A DNA stretch of 64,000 nt, taken from the NCBI GenBank assembly GCA_977862235.1, contig OZ374558.1:1736001-1800000 (forward strand). The letters are read 5' to 3'. Each line of letters begins with the position of its first letter. The first letter of the stretch is position 1. This DNA is from Dudresnaya verticillata. Lineage: Eukaryota. Positions 24,857 through 35,600 of the stretch are shown piece after piece. Both the position numbers and the translations under genes were made by a program. Under the pieces are notes generated by a model. The model did no database searches, was not told the DNA's origin, and was given only the letters and a program-made list of their open reading frames with translations.

Positions 24857-26820
24857 TGCCTTCCGGGCAGAACCCCACGCCTGGCCCCTGGCACCAATCT
24901 CAGTGGGCCGGCACCCGGCGAAGAGCGCAGAATTGGGAGAAGATCTACGCGTCCGCCTTCGTCATCCGCACTCTGACTTTCGGGGTGTGGGACCCTCCGC
25001 AGCGCCCGTTCACCACAGGACGGGAACTTCCCAAAATCCCTCAGAGTCCAGAAGATATCTCTTTTGGCAGGAAGGAGCTTCAGGAGGGTTGTGCTATTGG
25101 GACTTACCAACAGGTCAGTTCCAAGTACGTACATCAGAAAGTAGACCCAGGTGCTCTAATTTCAAGTTCGTTCGTTACTTGGCAGCGCGAAAAACCGCGG
25201 TTCATCATCAACCTCAAGGAGCAGAGCAAGCACTGGGAGAAGAAGTCTGTTCGAATGGAAACTTTGTCTGCGTTTGGTGCCTGTCTTTGTCCCGGAGACC
25301 ATCTACTGTCTTTCGACTGGTCTTCCGGCTACAGACATTTCGCACTCCACCCTCGGATGTGGGATTGGTTCCTTTTTCGCTACGATGGTTTATATTATCG
25401 CTGTATCGCACTTCCATTCGGCTGGACTACATCCTCGTACTGATTTGTCAAGCTTTTGAGCCCCCTTACCCGGTTTATGCGCAAGGAACTAGGACTTCGC
25501 GTGTTGTTTTGGCTCGACGACTATCTACTAGCTCCCGGGGACGGCAGCAGACCAAGTACAGCGTTGGACTGCGAGTCTATGTCCGCTCGGCTAGACTGTC
25601 TTTTTCATACTTTAGGAATGATATGGCATCCTTCCAAAGGCGTATGGGGAAGCGGGGCTACACGAATGGAACATCTGGGTCTTGTTATAGATACTGTGGC
25701 TTTCAGATATTTCATATCTCCCTCAAGGCTCCAACAAATTCAAGAAATGTCTGGACTACTTCTAAAGACGACAAAGAAGTCGATGGGTCCGGGAGAGCTT
25801 GTTGGCAAGCTTCTGTGGCAAGGCGGTATCCCAACTTATTCCTCTACCATTGGCACGCTTCTTCACACGCAGTTTCTACGACTCCTTAAGAGAAGACTCG
25901 AGACGACGAGGCCGCTATCTGGAGTACACAGTGAAGCTCAATCATGCTGGCGTCCGCGACCTACAATCCTGGTCCACCATGTTGGCAGGGGATGGTTGGT
26001 TGGTAGGAGGAGGTCAGCCGTCGTGGTGTCTGCACACCGATGCTGCAGATGTCGGCTACGGCGCAACCTTTGGTCAAGACATGCAGGCCGGTTCTCCGGG
26101 CGAAATATCAGTATAAGGTATCTGGTCGCCATTCCTCCGGCTAAAATCGATCACCCTGAGGGAGCTAGTAGCCGTTCGTATTGAGTTGTAAGACTCATTG
26201 ATACAGTCCCGTCTTACTGGAGATCGTTCGATACTACTACTGCACATAGACAACATGGCCGTTTTCCATACAGTTTCGAATATGGTTTCCGCGAAGAAGG
26301 AGCTAATGGACGAACTCCGGCTGCTACACCATGTTGTAGTCCAAATGAAGGTAACGATTCGAGCCGAATGGCTCCCGTCAGCTCTCAACCGCCACGCAGA
26401 CACGTTGAGTCGCACCTGGAACCCCAGAGACCTCCGAGCAACGCCATCATTGATGCAGTCAGTCGCGAACTTGCTCCAATCACAAGTCTTGCGGCGGTTC
26501 TGGTCTCTTGGGGAAGCGCCAATCGCGAGTCGCAAAGTTATTCTCGCTCAGTTCCACGAACACTGGGGCGATGGGAAGAGTCGATTATGGAATCCACCTC
26601 CACCTTGGATCACAGCCACACTACTTAAAATCAAGACGGAAGGCGCTCACGGCGTAATCGTGGTTCCCAACTAGACAGGAGCTCCCTGGTTCTGCTTACT
26701 GAGTCGGCTCTTGCTCAGCAGTTTAGTAATCAGCCCCAAGCCCGGGCAGCAGCTATTCACTTCCGAACGCGCCAACCCAGCCTGGGGTCTGCTATTGGCC
26801 GAAGCAGGGAGACCACGGCC
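24856..26820 (+). pseudogene. DIRS pol: RT - RNase H - adenine methyltransferase-like domain
   Basis: RT: KPRFIINL, SFDWSSGYRH, LPFGW, WLDD, EHLG. RNase H: HTDAA, LRELVAV, HIDN, NRHADTLSR. MT-like: LWNPPPPW...VIVVPN*TGAPWF. Stops at 25441, 26114 and 26672, frameshift near 25780. Confidence 0.92.
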
Positions 26821-26879
26821 CAAGCTCTGCAAAGAAGAATTGCCACTCTTGTCCCTTCAACTGCAGCAGGAAGAGCTGC

Positions 26880-27862
26880 AGTCACATTAGCCAGGCACTG
26901 TATTGCTCCATCTACTGACCGGACCAAGACCAGTCCATAGAGGAAGTTCCAACGGTTCTGTGAACGAAATGGACACCGGGAACTTCCAGCTGAGGTGGGG
27001 ACAGTTCTGGCGTATGTTGGCTTTTTGTTTGAGGAGGATCGTATTCACGGGCGTTCGGTGGACCACTATCTTTCAGTAATCCGCACTACCCATCAGCGGC
27101 AAGGGCTCCCGGACCCATTGCGTGATAATCCGCATGTAGACCTTCTCCGGGCCTTTAGGTCTCAAGACGACCAACGCGGCGGGCTATCGGATGTTCGTGC
27201 TGCTCTACCAGGCCAAATTGTCTTTCGTATTCGGCAATTGGGCCTTCAAGCCCCCTGGTTCTGTCATGGAGCACCAGGCGGCGTTGGTGGAATTTCAGTA
27301 TCTCATGACGTGGAGGGAAAACACCGTTCGAACGGTTCATGTTCAAGATGTCAACATCAATTCTACTGTTGACACAGTAACCCTCTATGCCCGTCCGCGT
27401 TCGCTGAAAAGAAGACTGTTACGAGGCGTTGGTGCATGCTCACTGACCTGTAGACACAGTCCACCGGCGTTCACGTCTCGGAACCCCCCTTGCCCTGTAG
27501 CATCGCTTTTTCGAGCGACGACGAAACTCATCAGCTCCTGATGAACTGTATTGGCCCCGTCCCGGGCTTTTCATCCGCCCCCAGGTCGTCAGTGAGGCTC
27601 TGTCCGCATGTTTGGCTGCATTACAGATCGTCCCACCTCCATATACGACGTATACCTCACACAGCCTTCGAAGTGGGAGCGTTACTGCTCAAGTCCTCCT
27701 TCGTGTCCCTCTTCCAGTTATTACCACTCGTGGGGGATGGCGAAGCAGCAATATGGTCATCAATGTGTACTTCGACTCCCGGCTCCACCTGAATCTTTAT
27801 TTCTGGTCATTTCGCGGACCTTCACCCTCTTCGTTTCCTCCCCCTCAGTAATCTTCGACTGA
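26880..27862 (+). pseudogene. DIRS tyrosine recombinase, frameshifted
   Basis: KFQRFC, VLAYVGFL, YLSVIRTTH, MTWRENT (catalytic R), YTSHSLRSGS (HxxR), GGWRS and NVYFD (catalytic Y). Confidence 0.9.
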
Positions 27863-28393
27863 GCAGAAGCCTGCTCTGCTACGGTTTTGGATTTCAGTTT
27901 GTGTTCCAATCGCTTTACACAGTTGAAACGTCATGCCAAGGGTAGCGAGCGTGCCTAACGTCCCCAAGTCAGAGCTGTGAGTGCCGAAAGCGGCGTCTAC
28001 AAATTCATCTACAGGCTCCGCAATCGGCATCAGTGAACTGCTACCGAAAACAGTTACTGCACTGTAGCCTCTTCGGGCAATTCTGACTTGCATTTCTGTC
28101 GTGTGGATGCGAAAACTATACCGTCTGTCGCAGACAATAGTTCTCCCCGGCCTATGTAATACCGTAGCCGAACGCATCCATCGCTCTCTGGGCAAGTTCT
28201 TTCCTTCGTTCTCCCTCCCTCCCTCCCTACTCATTCACATCAAGTCCTTTCCTTCGTTAGTCTACATCTCTACCATTCCTGAACTCTTTACACCTTCTAT
28301 GCTTCTATTCTGCAGGCCTTCAGGCTTTTATGGGTTAGTGATTTGTTTCGATGATTGCTACTTTACGAATAAATTAATCAGTTCCTTTTCATA

Positions 28394-30199
28394 CAACGCA
28401 CTCACTCTTGTAGCACAGCTTTATTCTTTTGTGTTCGTCATGGCAGTAGGAAGCCCATCAGTGGTCGAGGGTGTTTCGGCAGCGGAAGGGTCGACTTTTT
28501 AACGGCTTGCTCAACTACATTGCGTTGATATTGGTAGAGCTCTATTTAGTTTTTGTAGGGATCTCCAGCAGGTTCGGAGGATCAAGCACGCCCATTCCAC
28601 GATTGGCAAACACTCTGTTACAGAATTCAGGAGGAAGGAACGATACAGAAAGTCTAACCTAAGGAATGGAATTCGAAGTAGGTGCCGATCTTGATTGTTC
28701 GACAGGCGATCCGTGCAATTCTGTTTCGACGGCTCGTGCAAAGCTCTCTACGCCTATGGTGTTGGAATGATGAAGAAGGTGTTCGGTGTGCAACGTCGAC
28801 ATAGAGATGTGGTTGTATTACCCATTACAAGCCGGTCCTACAAGGTTGAAGAGGGAACGGCCTTTACTATGTAATAAAAGTCACGCCATCCAGAACCGCT
28901 GCCGCTTCCCGGACAAAACCGGTCTTTGAACGCTGGTTCTACTGCCTTTTCTTTGAGCGTGAGCGAAACACATTTCAACCTGCTCGATCCTCAGCTCTGT
29001 TAACTAACCTGCTCACTTTCCAGGTCACCGGGATTTCCTATCACGGATAATTCGGACGACAGTGTTCGGTTTTTGGTACGTTTGGAATACAACGTGCACC
29101 AGAAGAACATACCTAAGAGTATTCTTGGGGCTCTGCGGTAGCGTCAAAGCATAGTTTTTGATTCACCACCAGCTTGGCGAAGATCCAACGCCCTCTTTGT
29201 ACAAGTTGCCACGCTCATACTCTTTCACGAACTATGGGTGGTTTGAATCATGCAAGGCGACGTTCGCACACACTGTGCCATCTTCATGGTGGCTCCTTGC
29301 TCCGTGAACGACCTGACAGTGCCTATTACACAGGTTGAAAACTGGACTGCATGTGAATGCCACTGTGGGCCTTCAACGCGATAAGGATGACAAAGCTTCC
29401 ATCTCTCAGGAAAGCATCCCATTGAAGTGCGGGTGTACTGGCGGCGCGGTCATGCGAGGCTCGTCTCATCTCGCACGTCCCGACAATGCTCACATCGCTC
29501 AATATTCGCTCACGCAATGCGCCGCTCGTCATGTTTCCAGCGTGCGGCACTGCACCGTCCCTAAACGTACATGATGTGCTAGAACAGGGTACAAGGCGAA
29601 TTTCTGATTTACTTTTGGCCGTGTTTTCGGAACTTGTGGCACTGCCGGAAAGGTCCACAAAACTACTCCTTTTTCGAAAGATATCCGGCAGCAAATTCTT
29701 CGCTGCAACATTGCGGAGAGCACTGTGCCACAAGCGGAAACGGGATCCGTTCGATTCTCAATATATCATCGCCGTCGCCGTCATGCGTTCACACGTTGTT
29801 CCATACTTAAGATTCCACTCTCATGGCCGAGTGCGGGATCTGCGCGATCTGCAACCTGGAGCGCGTTTCTGCATATGACTTTCCGCTTTGGTTCAGAGGT
29901 GGTCTAGATCCTAGAATATTTCTATGTAGAGCAACGTTCGAGGCGTATCGCTACTCATCCGGCTGGGGCCATCCTCGCGCAACCGTAGAACGTAGTGGGC
30001 GTAGAGCTCCGGAGGTGACAACGTCGCCAGTTCGTCATGCAGTTGCGTGCCTTGTTTAGCTCAGATCGTCCGCCAGCTGCGGCTTTTGTATGTTTGGCGT
30101 TTGGACATTGGAGCCCTGGCGCGTGGTCGGCTCAATCGGGCATGGAATTATTAGTAAATGGTATTGTGATATCCAGTATCTATGTTTGAAAGTTAGCAA
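28394..30199 (-). repeat. Inverted partial copy of the 2.68-kb array unit
   Basis: Reverse complement of ~4840-7030, with mirrored ORFs (29326..29733- ~ 5308..5715+). Confidence 0.9.
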
Positions 30200-30934
30200 A
30201 TGACGGCGCAGCTGATGGAACAGCTGACGGCGCAGCTAATGGTGCAGCTGATGGCAGAGCTGAAGACACAGCTGACGACGCCAGCAGCTGACGGCGCACC
30301 GTTAATCGCCATGTCCGATTACATTTCTACGTCCGCTGGCTGGTTGCATCGAGCGACTGTAACAGAACCTGCACAAACGGAGCTTTCATCGCTTTGCGCA
30401 TCACGACCAATGCGTACAGCTCTAATTGCATGCTTCGTCGAACTGTGAAGGCCGTGTTTACCATATGTGTATAATTGTTCAGCGCAGATAAACGGAAGTA
30501 GAACGGATCCGTTTCGATTTTATACTGCTGTTGGCGACCTAACACGAGCAGCTTTGCTCGCAGCAACGCGTGTAACGCGAATGTGTTCATCCAGGACGCT
30601 GACTGTCGCTGTGCCATTTAATAAAGGTCTCCTCCTCCTGTGCCATGTTGCTACGGAAATGCCACCATTTTAGTCGCCACGCACTGCGCCAGTCGTCGCC
30701 AGTCAATCGCGCCGCAATCACACTACCGTCAAAGCATAGAAAGCAGAGAAAGCATAGTACCGTTGCGAGCCGCCTGACCAGTGCTCTTCGCAGCAAGCGC
30801 TATCGCAGCCCCTTCTGGTTACCGACGCCCCCGACGCGTACGAACAATGCGCAAATCCGTTGCTGGCATGACACGTTAAGTGACAACCATATGTGAACAC
30901 AGTCGCTACTGACTGTTATTGAATTTGGGAATGC
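30200..30934 (-). repeat. Dispersed repeat family E
   Basis: Inverted match to 20341-21060, with the same junction to the array unit as at 4839/4840. Confidence 0.85.
30618..30637 (+). mobile_element. 20-bp tail-only insertion of the CRE-like element, TSD CTGTGCCAT
   Basis: TTAATAAAGGTCTCCTCCTC lies between direct repeats at 30609-30617 and 30638-30646. The empty site is in the family E copy at ~20615-20635. Confidence 0.8.
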
Positions 30935-31011
30935 TGCACATTGGCAACAGCATCCAATGATGGATCAAACGTTTTGGCCTCGTTCGTTCATCGAGTTCAA
31001 GTCTTCCACGA

Positions 31012-31088
31012 CGTAAACCGCAAACCGTAAACCGTAAACCGTAAACCGTAAACCGTAAACCGTAAACCGTAAACCGTAAACCGTAAAC
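31012..31088 (+). repeat. (AAACCGT)n heptamer tract, about 11 copies, telomere-like
   Basis: Directly visible, with one variant unit (AAACCGC). Confidence 0.95.
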
Positions 31089-31110
31089 ATAGACTGTTCA
31101 CAACAGAGAG

Positions 31111-31286
31111 TGTGGGTGACACAAAGGTTTATTGGTAAGAGAATGTGATGATTATGATAGCGGAGTGGCGCGGGTACTGTGTCCCTTGATATAGGGTTCG
31201 GTCACACACTCGTCGAGGGATCCGGCGTCGTCCGTACCGACGGTGCTAGCCTATCTTACAGTACATAACTTACACTACCCGTTACA
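31111..31286 (-). repeat. 3' LTR of the Copia element
   Basis: Four substitutions versus 38180-38355 (counted by eye). On the minus strand it is preceded by the polypurine tract GGGAGGGGTGAA (31287-31298). Confidence 0.95.
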
Positions 31287-31760
31287 TTCACCCCTCCCAA
31301 ACTTAGGAAAAATAGGCCAATGCGTGCAGTACCGGCAAATTCGCCTACGGTGGCCGAGGAGTGTGTGAGTACGTGCACATATATATAACCATAGCTGACC
31401 GCCTAACCCGCTCGAGCGACGCAGCCTGGTCATCACTCTGGAGCCGTGTTGCTGCGTCTGCGTCCCTCGTTCCCGTTGGTGTGCACCCGTGTCTCGAGTA
31501 CGGTGTCAACTGCGCACTGGAGTGCACCGGAGCGCCGTTGCTCTTACGGGTTACTGTGCGGTGCGCTTGTACACTGCGTACATTACTGTACCGAATTCCC
31601 GGTAGCGTGCGCCATTTTTGTGCTGCGTGGCGGAGCCCTCAGGCTACTTCGTGAACCTGGTCAATATCCCTTTTGCTCTTCGGACGATATTGGACTTCTC
31701 TAAGGGGGAACAACCAACCGTGAGGAGGACGCGCGATCTGCATTGCAGTACCCGACGGCG

Positions 31761-32678
31761 ATGGCGCAGGGCACTGTGCAAAGCGTGCCTGGTGTCCCGT
31801 GGGAGTTCGAAGCAATCCTTGTGGGTGATCGCTCCAAGGGCAGTGGGGAAAACGGAAAACGCTTGCTTTACGGTTGCGTGTACGCTTCTGCGAAGATGAC
31901 AGGTGGTCACGAAAATTTCCACACCATCGATCCAGACTCGATTTTGCTGTCGTATCGCGGAGAAGTTGACTTCAAGTTCCCAACGCTGGCGTTGGACAGG
32001 TCGCGGAATAATTATCCAAGACAGAGTGTCCTAACCGAAGAGGATCTTGACTGGAATGTCGGACAGGAGTGGGACGACAATCTTGTCGACTGTCTGCTGT
32101 GCTTCTGCAGACGCAATAAGGGTGTTGCAGTTCTGCTTGGCGGTCCCGGTGCGCGTAATGAGAACGCATCGTTGGCTCAACACCATTACCAAGAGGCAAA
32201 CCGTGTATTTGCGCGGAGCAATCTCATGTCCTGTGCTCGGGCTTCAGTCGTGAATGCTGTTACTTGTCTCGGCGGGATTGAGATGGGTCTCAAGGTGCAG
32301 GAGAAACTGAAGGACATGCCACAGCATGTTTACAAGCTTGGTCAGCTTGGTCCATTGATTCAACAGTTGGGTGAAGGGCTCACTATTGTGGGCTTATCCA
32401 AGAAGGTGAAGAAGGAAATGAGGAAGGATGGGTTTAGTTGGATAACTAACCAAGACAGGGGTGTGTAGCTTGTGAGGTTGTGTGATCCTCTGTCGATGGA
32501 TCATTGCGTAGTAGTCGATGCAGGAAGAAGTCTTATCTGGGACTCGGAAGAAGAGTGGCCCGTGAAGTTGTCCAAGGTTACCTTGAACATGTGTGCCGGT
32601 AATGCTTCCAAGAAATTGCATGTGGGAGAAGTGTATGAGTTGAAGGTACAATTACTGGGGAAGCGTAGACGTAGTTAA
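31761..32678 (+). pseudogene. Antisense accessory ORF of the Copia element (~305 codons, one internal TAG at 32466); putative papain-like cysteine peptidase
   Basis: ORFs 31743..32468 and 32472..32678 share one frame. Motifs LMSCARASVVNA, DHCVVVD and LIWDSEEEWP. Located between pol and the PPT. Confidence 0.6.
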
Positions 32679-35600
32679 TTCTTCTTCTCAGCTGTTGCAC
32701 GGGGCATGGGAACAGTTGCCGTTGGAATCCACGGGGTGACTCGATACTTGGAATCTTGGAGCATGAACACTCTTTTGCTAGGTGTTTCGCAGCGGTTCTC
32801 GGAGATAGCGGCGGCTAGTATCTTGTTTGGTTTCGCCTTGGTCATTGCATCTGCGGGGTTGCTTTCACCAGGAATGAGGCATACTGCAGCAATTATTCCG
32901 TCGTGAATCGGCTCGCGGCATCGGTACCCAATCTCGGGGATAGAAGGAACCGTTTCATTCATGAGATTGTCCCAGAGAGTCTGGTTGTCGATGTACACGA
33001 CAATTGGTACCTCCTTCTTGGCAAGCTGGAAGACGATATTTCGCAAGTTGTTGATACAGCGAAGTGCGGCATCTAATGCCATAAGTTCGGACTCTTCCGT
33101 CGAGTGTGCTCGTCGTGGTGCACGGGAACTCTGCCAGTGGATCATGTTGAAGACATCGTTGCGATCTGAGATGCTGATAAGGAAGCCAATCTGCGAATGC
33201 TTCGTGGCCAGGTTTTGGAAGGAGGCATCTGAGTATACGCGGATATGGGTGGACTCCCCATCGAGCGGAGCGAACTTGAGGCTTGCGTGTCCACTGTTCT
33301 TGATTGCATCTAATGCCTTTTTCGTGTCTACGAGAAGCTGGAGTTGCGGGTTGGTCTTTTCACCGTTACGCTGTAGGGCAACACTTGCATGGAACGAGGA
33401 CAAGGGGGATGTTCCAGTGGCAACCCATGCCAGTTTTCCAGCGACTGATCGTAGCTCGGAGATCTCTTCATCAGTCATTGGCCTCTGCAGCTCTGGCTTC
33501 GTTAAGGCTGTGAGTTCTTGGGAAGCGCTAATGGTCTCAAGGTATGCCTTCTGGGACGCGATAACGTGTTCGCCATCCTGTAAGATATCCAGTCCCTTGA
33601 AGTCCGCCGGAGGATGTTGCCTGTCGCGGCATTTGAAGCGTGTTGCGACCTTGGCTTCTTCTGCTTCTTGAGACTTGGGAATTGCTGAGAGCATGTCATC
33701 GGTGCAGAGCAATGTTGCTGCGTTTATCGTCGGGCTATACAGGAGAGATGGATCGTATATGGACTGCTTGAGGTCGATGATGTTGTCGCAGAGCCATGGA
33801 ACCAATGTCTTGTTCCAGTACTTACCTGCTTCGACGTCTCCGTAGACTTGAAGGACACCTTTCCAGATGAAGTGCTTCTTGTCGGTGTACATATCGTAGT
33901 ACTCCCTTGGAGGCCGGTAGTAGATGAGTCACTTTGTCGGCATGCTCTGAAGATAAGCTTTGGTGACGTCTCGGACAATGATGGAGATGCTGTCGTTTTC
34001 CTCGCGTAGAGAGGCATTCCAAGTTGGGATGATCGCTAGGAGACATCTTATGGTGCACATGGCGACAGTCGGAGCATTTCCATTGAGGGAGTGTCGAAGG
34101 TTCGTGCGATGTGAGGCGCTCACAAGTCTTGCTCGGTAGCGAATCGGAGGGTCTTGTGTGGGTGACCTTTTTATGTGTAGTACCCACTTCATCGGTTTTA
34201 TCTCGCAATCCGGCTCTGTAGATTGGCGAGGGGTCTCGATGACTGCGCGATTCTCCAGGAGGAACTTGATTTCGCCCTGTTTTGCTTTCAAGAACTCGGC
34301 TTGCTGGGTTTCGGATAAGTTCTTGATGGACTTGATCTCCTCAGCAGATGTTAACAACGTGAGCTCATCTTCGTCGTTAATGATGTCCGTTTCCCGGAGG
34401 GAGATACAGTTGGAGTCAATGGTTCCGGCATCGGAAGTGGAGATGGATGGCATGATTGCACCGTCGTCTGTCTCGATGAGTGTACCTGAACGGGTGTTGT
34501 CAGTGCTGGCAATGAATGTAGAGTTCAGGAGTTGCGCGATCGGGGCGTTTCCAGTGGGCGTTGTCGAAAGTACAATGCTATTGTGTTCCTGATCCTGTGC
34601 TGGAGTGATGTCAAGTGTCTCGATGTTTTCTCGTCCTGCTGGGCTATCTCAGGTGGAAAGTATGCTTCTCCGAAGAATGGCCTGACACGAGTCTCATGGG
34701 TAGGGTATAACTTGGAAGAATGAGACACATATATCGTGGGGCGATCGATTCTGGCCACAATGCCTTCGCGCCAGCCGTACTTGCGACGGTGGAACCAAAC
34801 CTTCTCTCCAACATTGAAAGATGGTATCTTCGTGACATGGCGTCGAGCTGCATTGAATGCATTGGAAAGCACGTGGGTTGCACGTAGTCGTGCGGTTGCC
34901 GTGCGTGCCATTTCCATAAGCGCGATGCGTCCTTGAACGTTGACTGCTGTGTCGAGCTCACCAAGTACTCGGGGCATGGCACCAAATCTACTGAAATGAG
35001 GCAGCGTCCTGTTGCTGTGCTGAGTGAAGTTCCATGCCATTTCAATATCTCCGAGGAGATGTTGGAGGTCGTGTCCAATGTCGTACGTTGTGTCTGCCAC
35101 GGTCTGCTGTATTGTCTTGTGCAGAAATTTGTGGGACCTTTCGTTCGTTCCGATAGACCACCGAGCTTCAGTTGGAATAGGACATATCTGCGATTATAAC
35201 ATGCGGAGGCTGTCTGCCATGTACTTGATCGTCAGGTTCGTGCCTCGGTCTACGTATGTGTAGTAAGGAGCATCGAATATGGAGATCCGTCGTGAGAAGT
35301 ACGAATGATAAGCTGTTCGAGCGCTGTCATCGCGAAGATTGGAGAGGCGGAGGAGCATGTCTCCAGCGTCTAGCGTGACGAGGTTGTTGAATTTCTTTCC
35401 ACGAATGATTTCGGGCATCACGTCCAAAGAAACAGCAACGTTTGGGGTGGATGTCGGAGGCATAGCGAGCTTAGGCTTGCGTGGCATCTCGACAAATTCA
35501 TTGCATGGACGACATTGCTTCTGCTGCGCTTCAATGCGGTTCTTGAGGGCTTGCGGAACCTTGCGGCCTTCTCTTTGTTGGCGAATGAGCTCAATCAATG

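Larger units (their letters stand above)
24255..28393 (+). mobile_element. DIRS-type tyrosine-recombinase retrotransposon, near complete, decayed; termini approximate
   Basis: Domain order gag-like, RT, RNase H, methyltransferase-like, tyrosine recombinase. No terminal repeats could be resolved by eye. Confidence 0.9.

Noticed and set aside
27965..28075. Hammerhead ribozyme in the DIRS 3' region
   Set aside because: CTGTGAG...GAAA lacks the CUGANGA core and consistent stems
24482..32468. RIP-like CpA>TpA mutagenesis suggested by repeated Trp/Gln-to-stop changes
   Set aside because: Stop codons are ascertainment-biased toward TpA, the LTR differences show mixed contexts, and dinucleotide statistics were not computed
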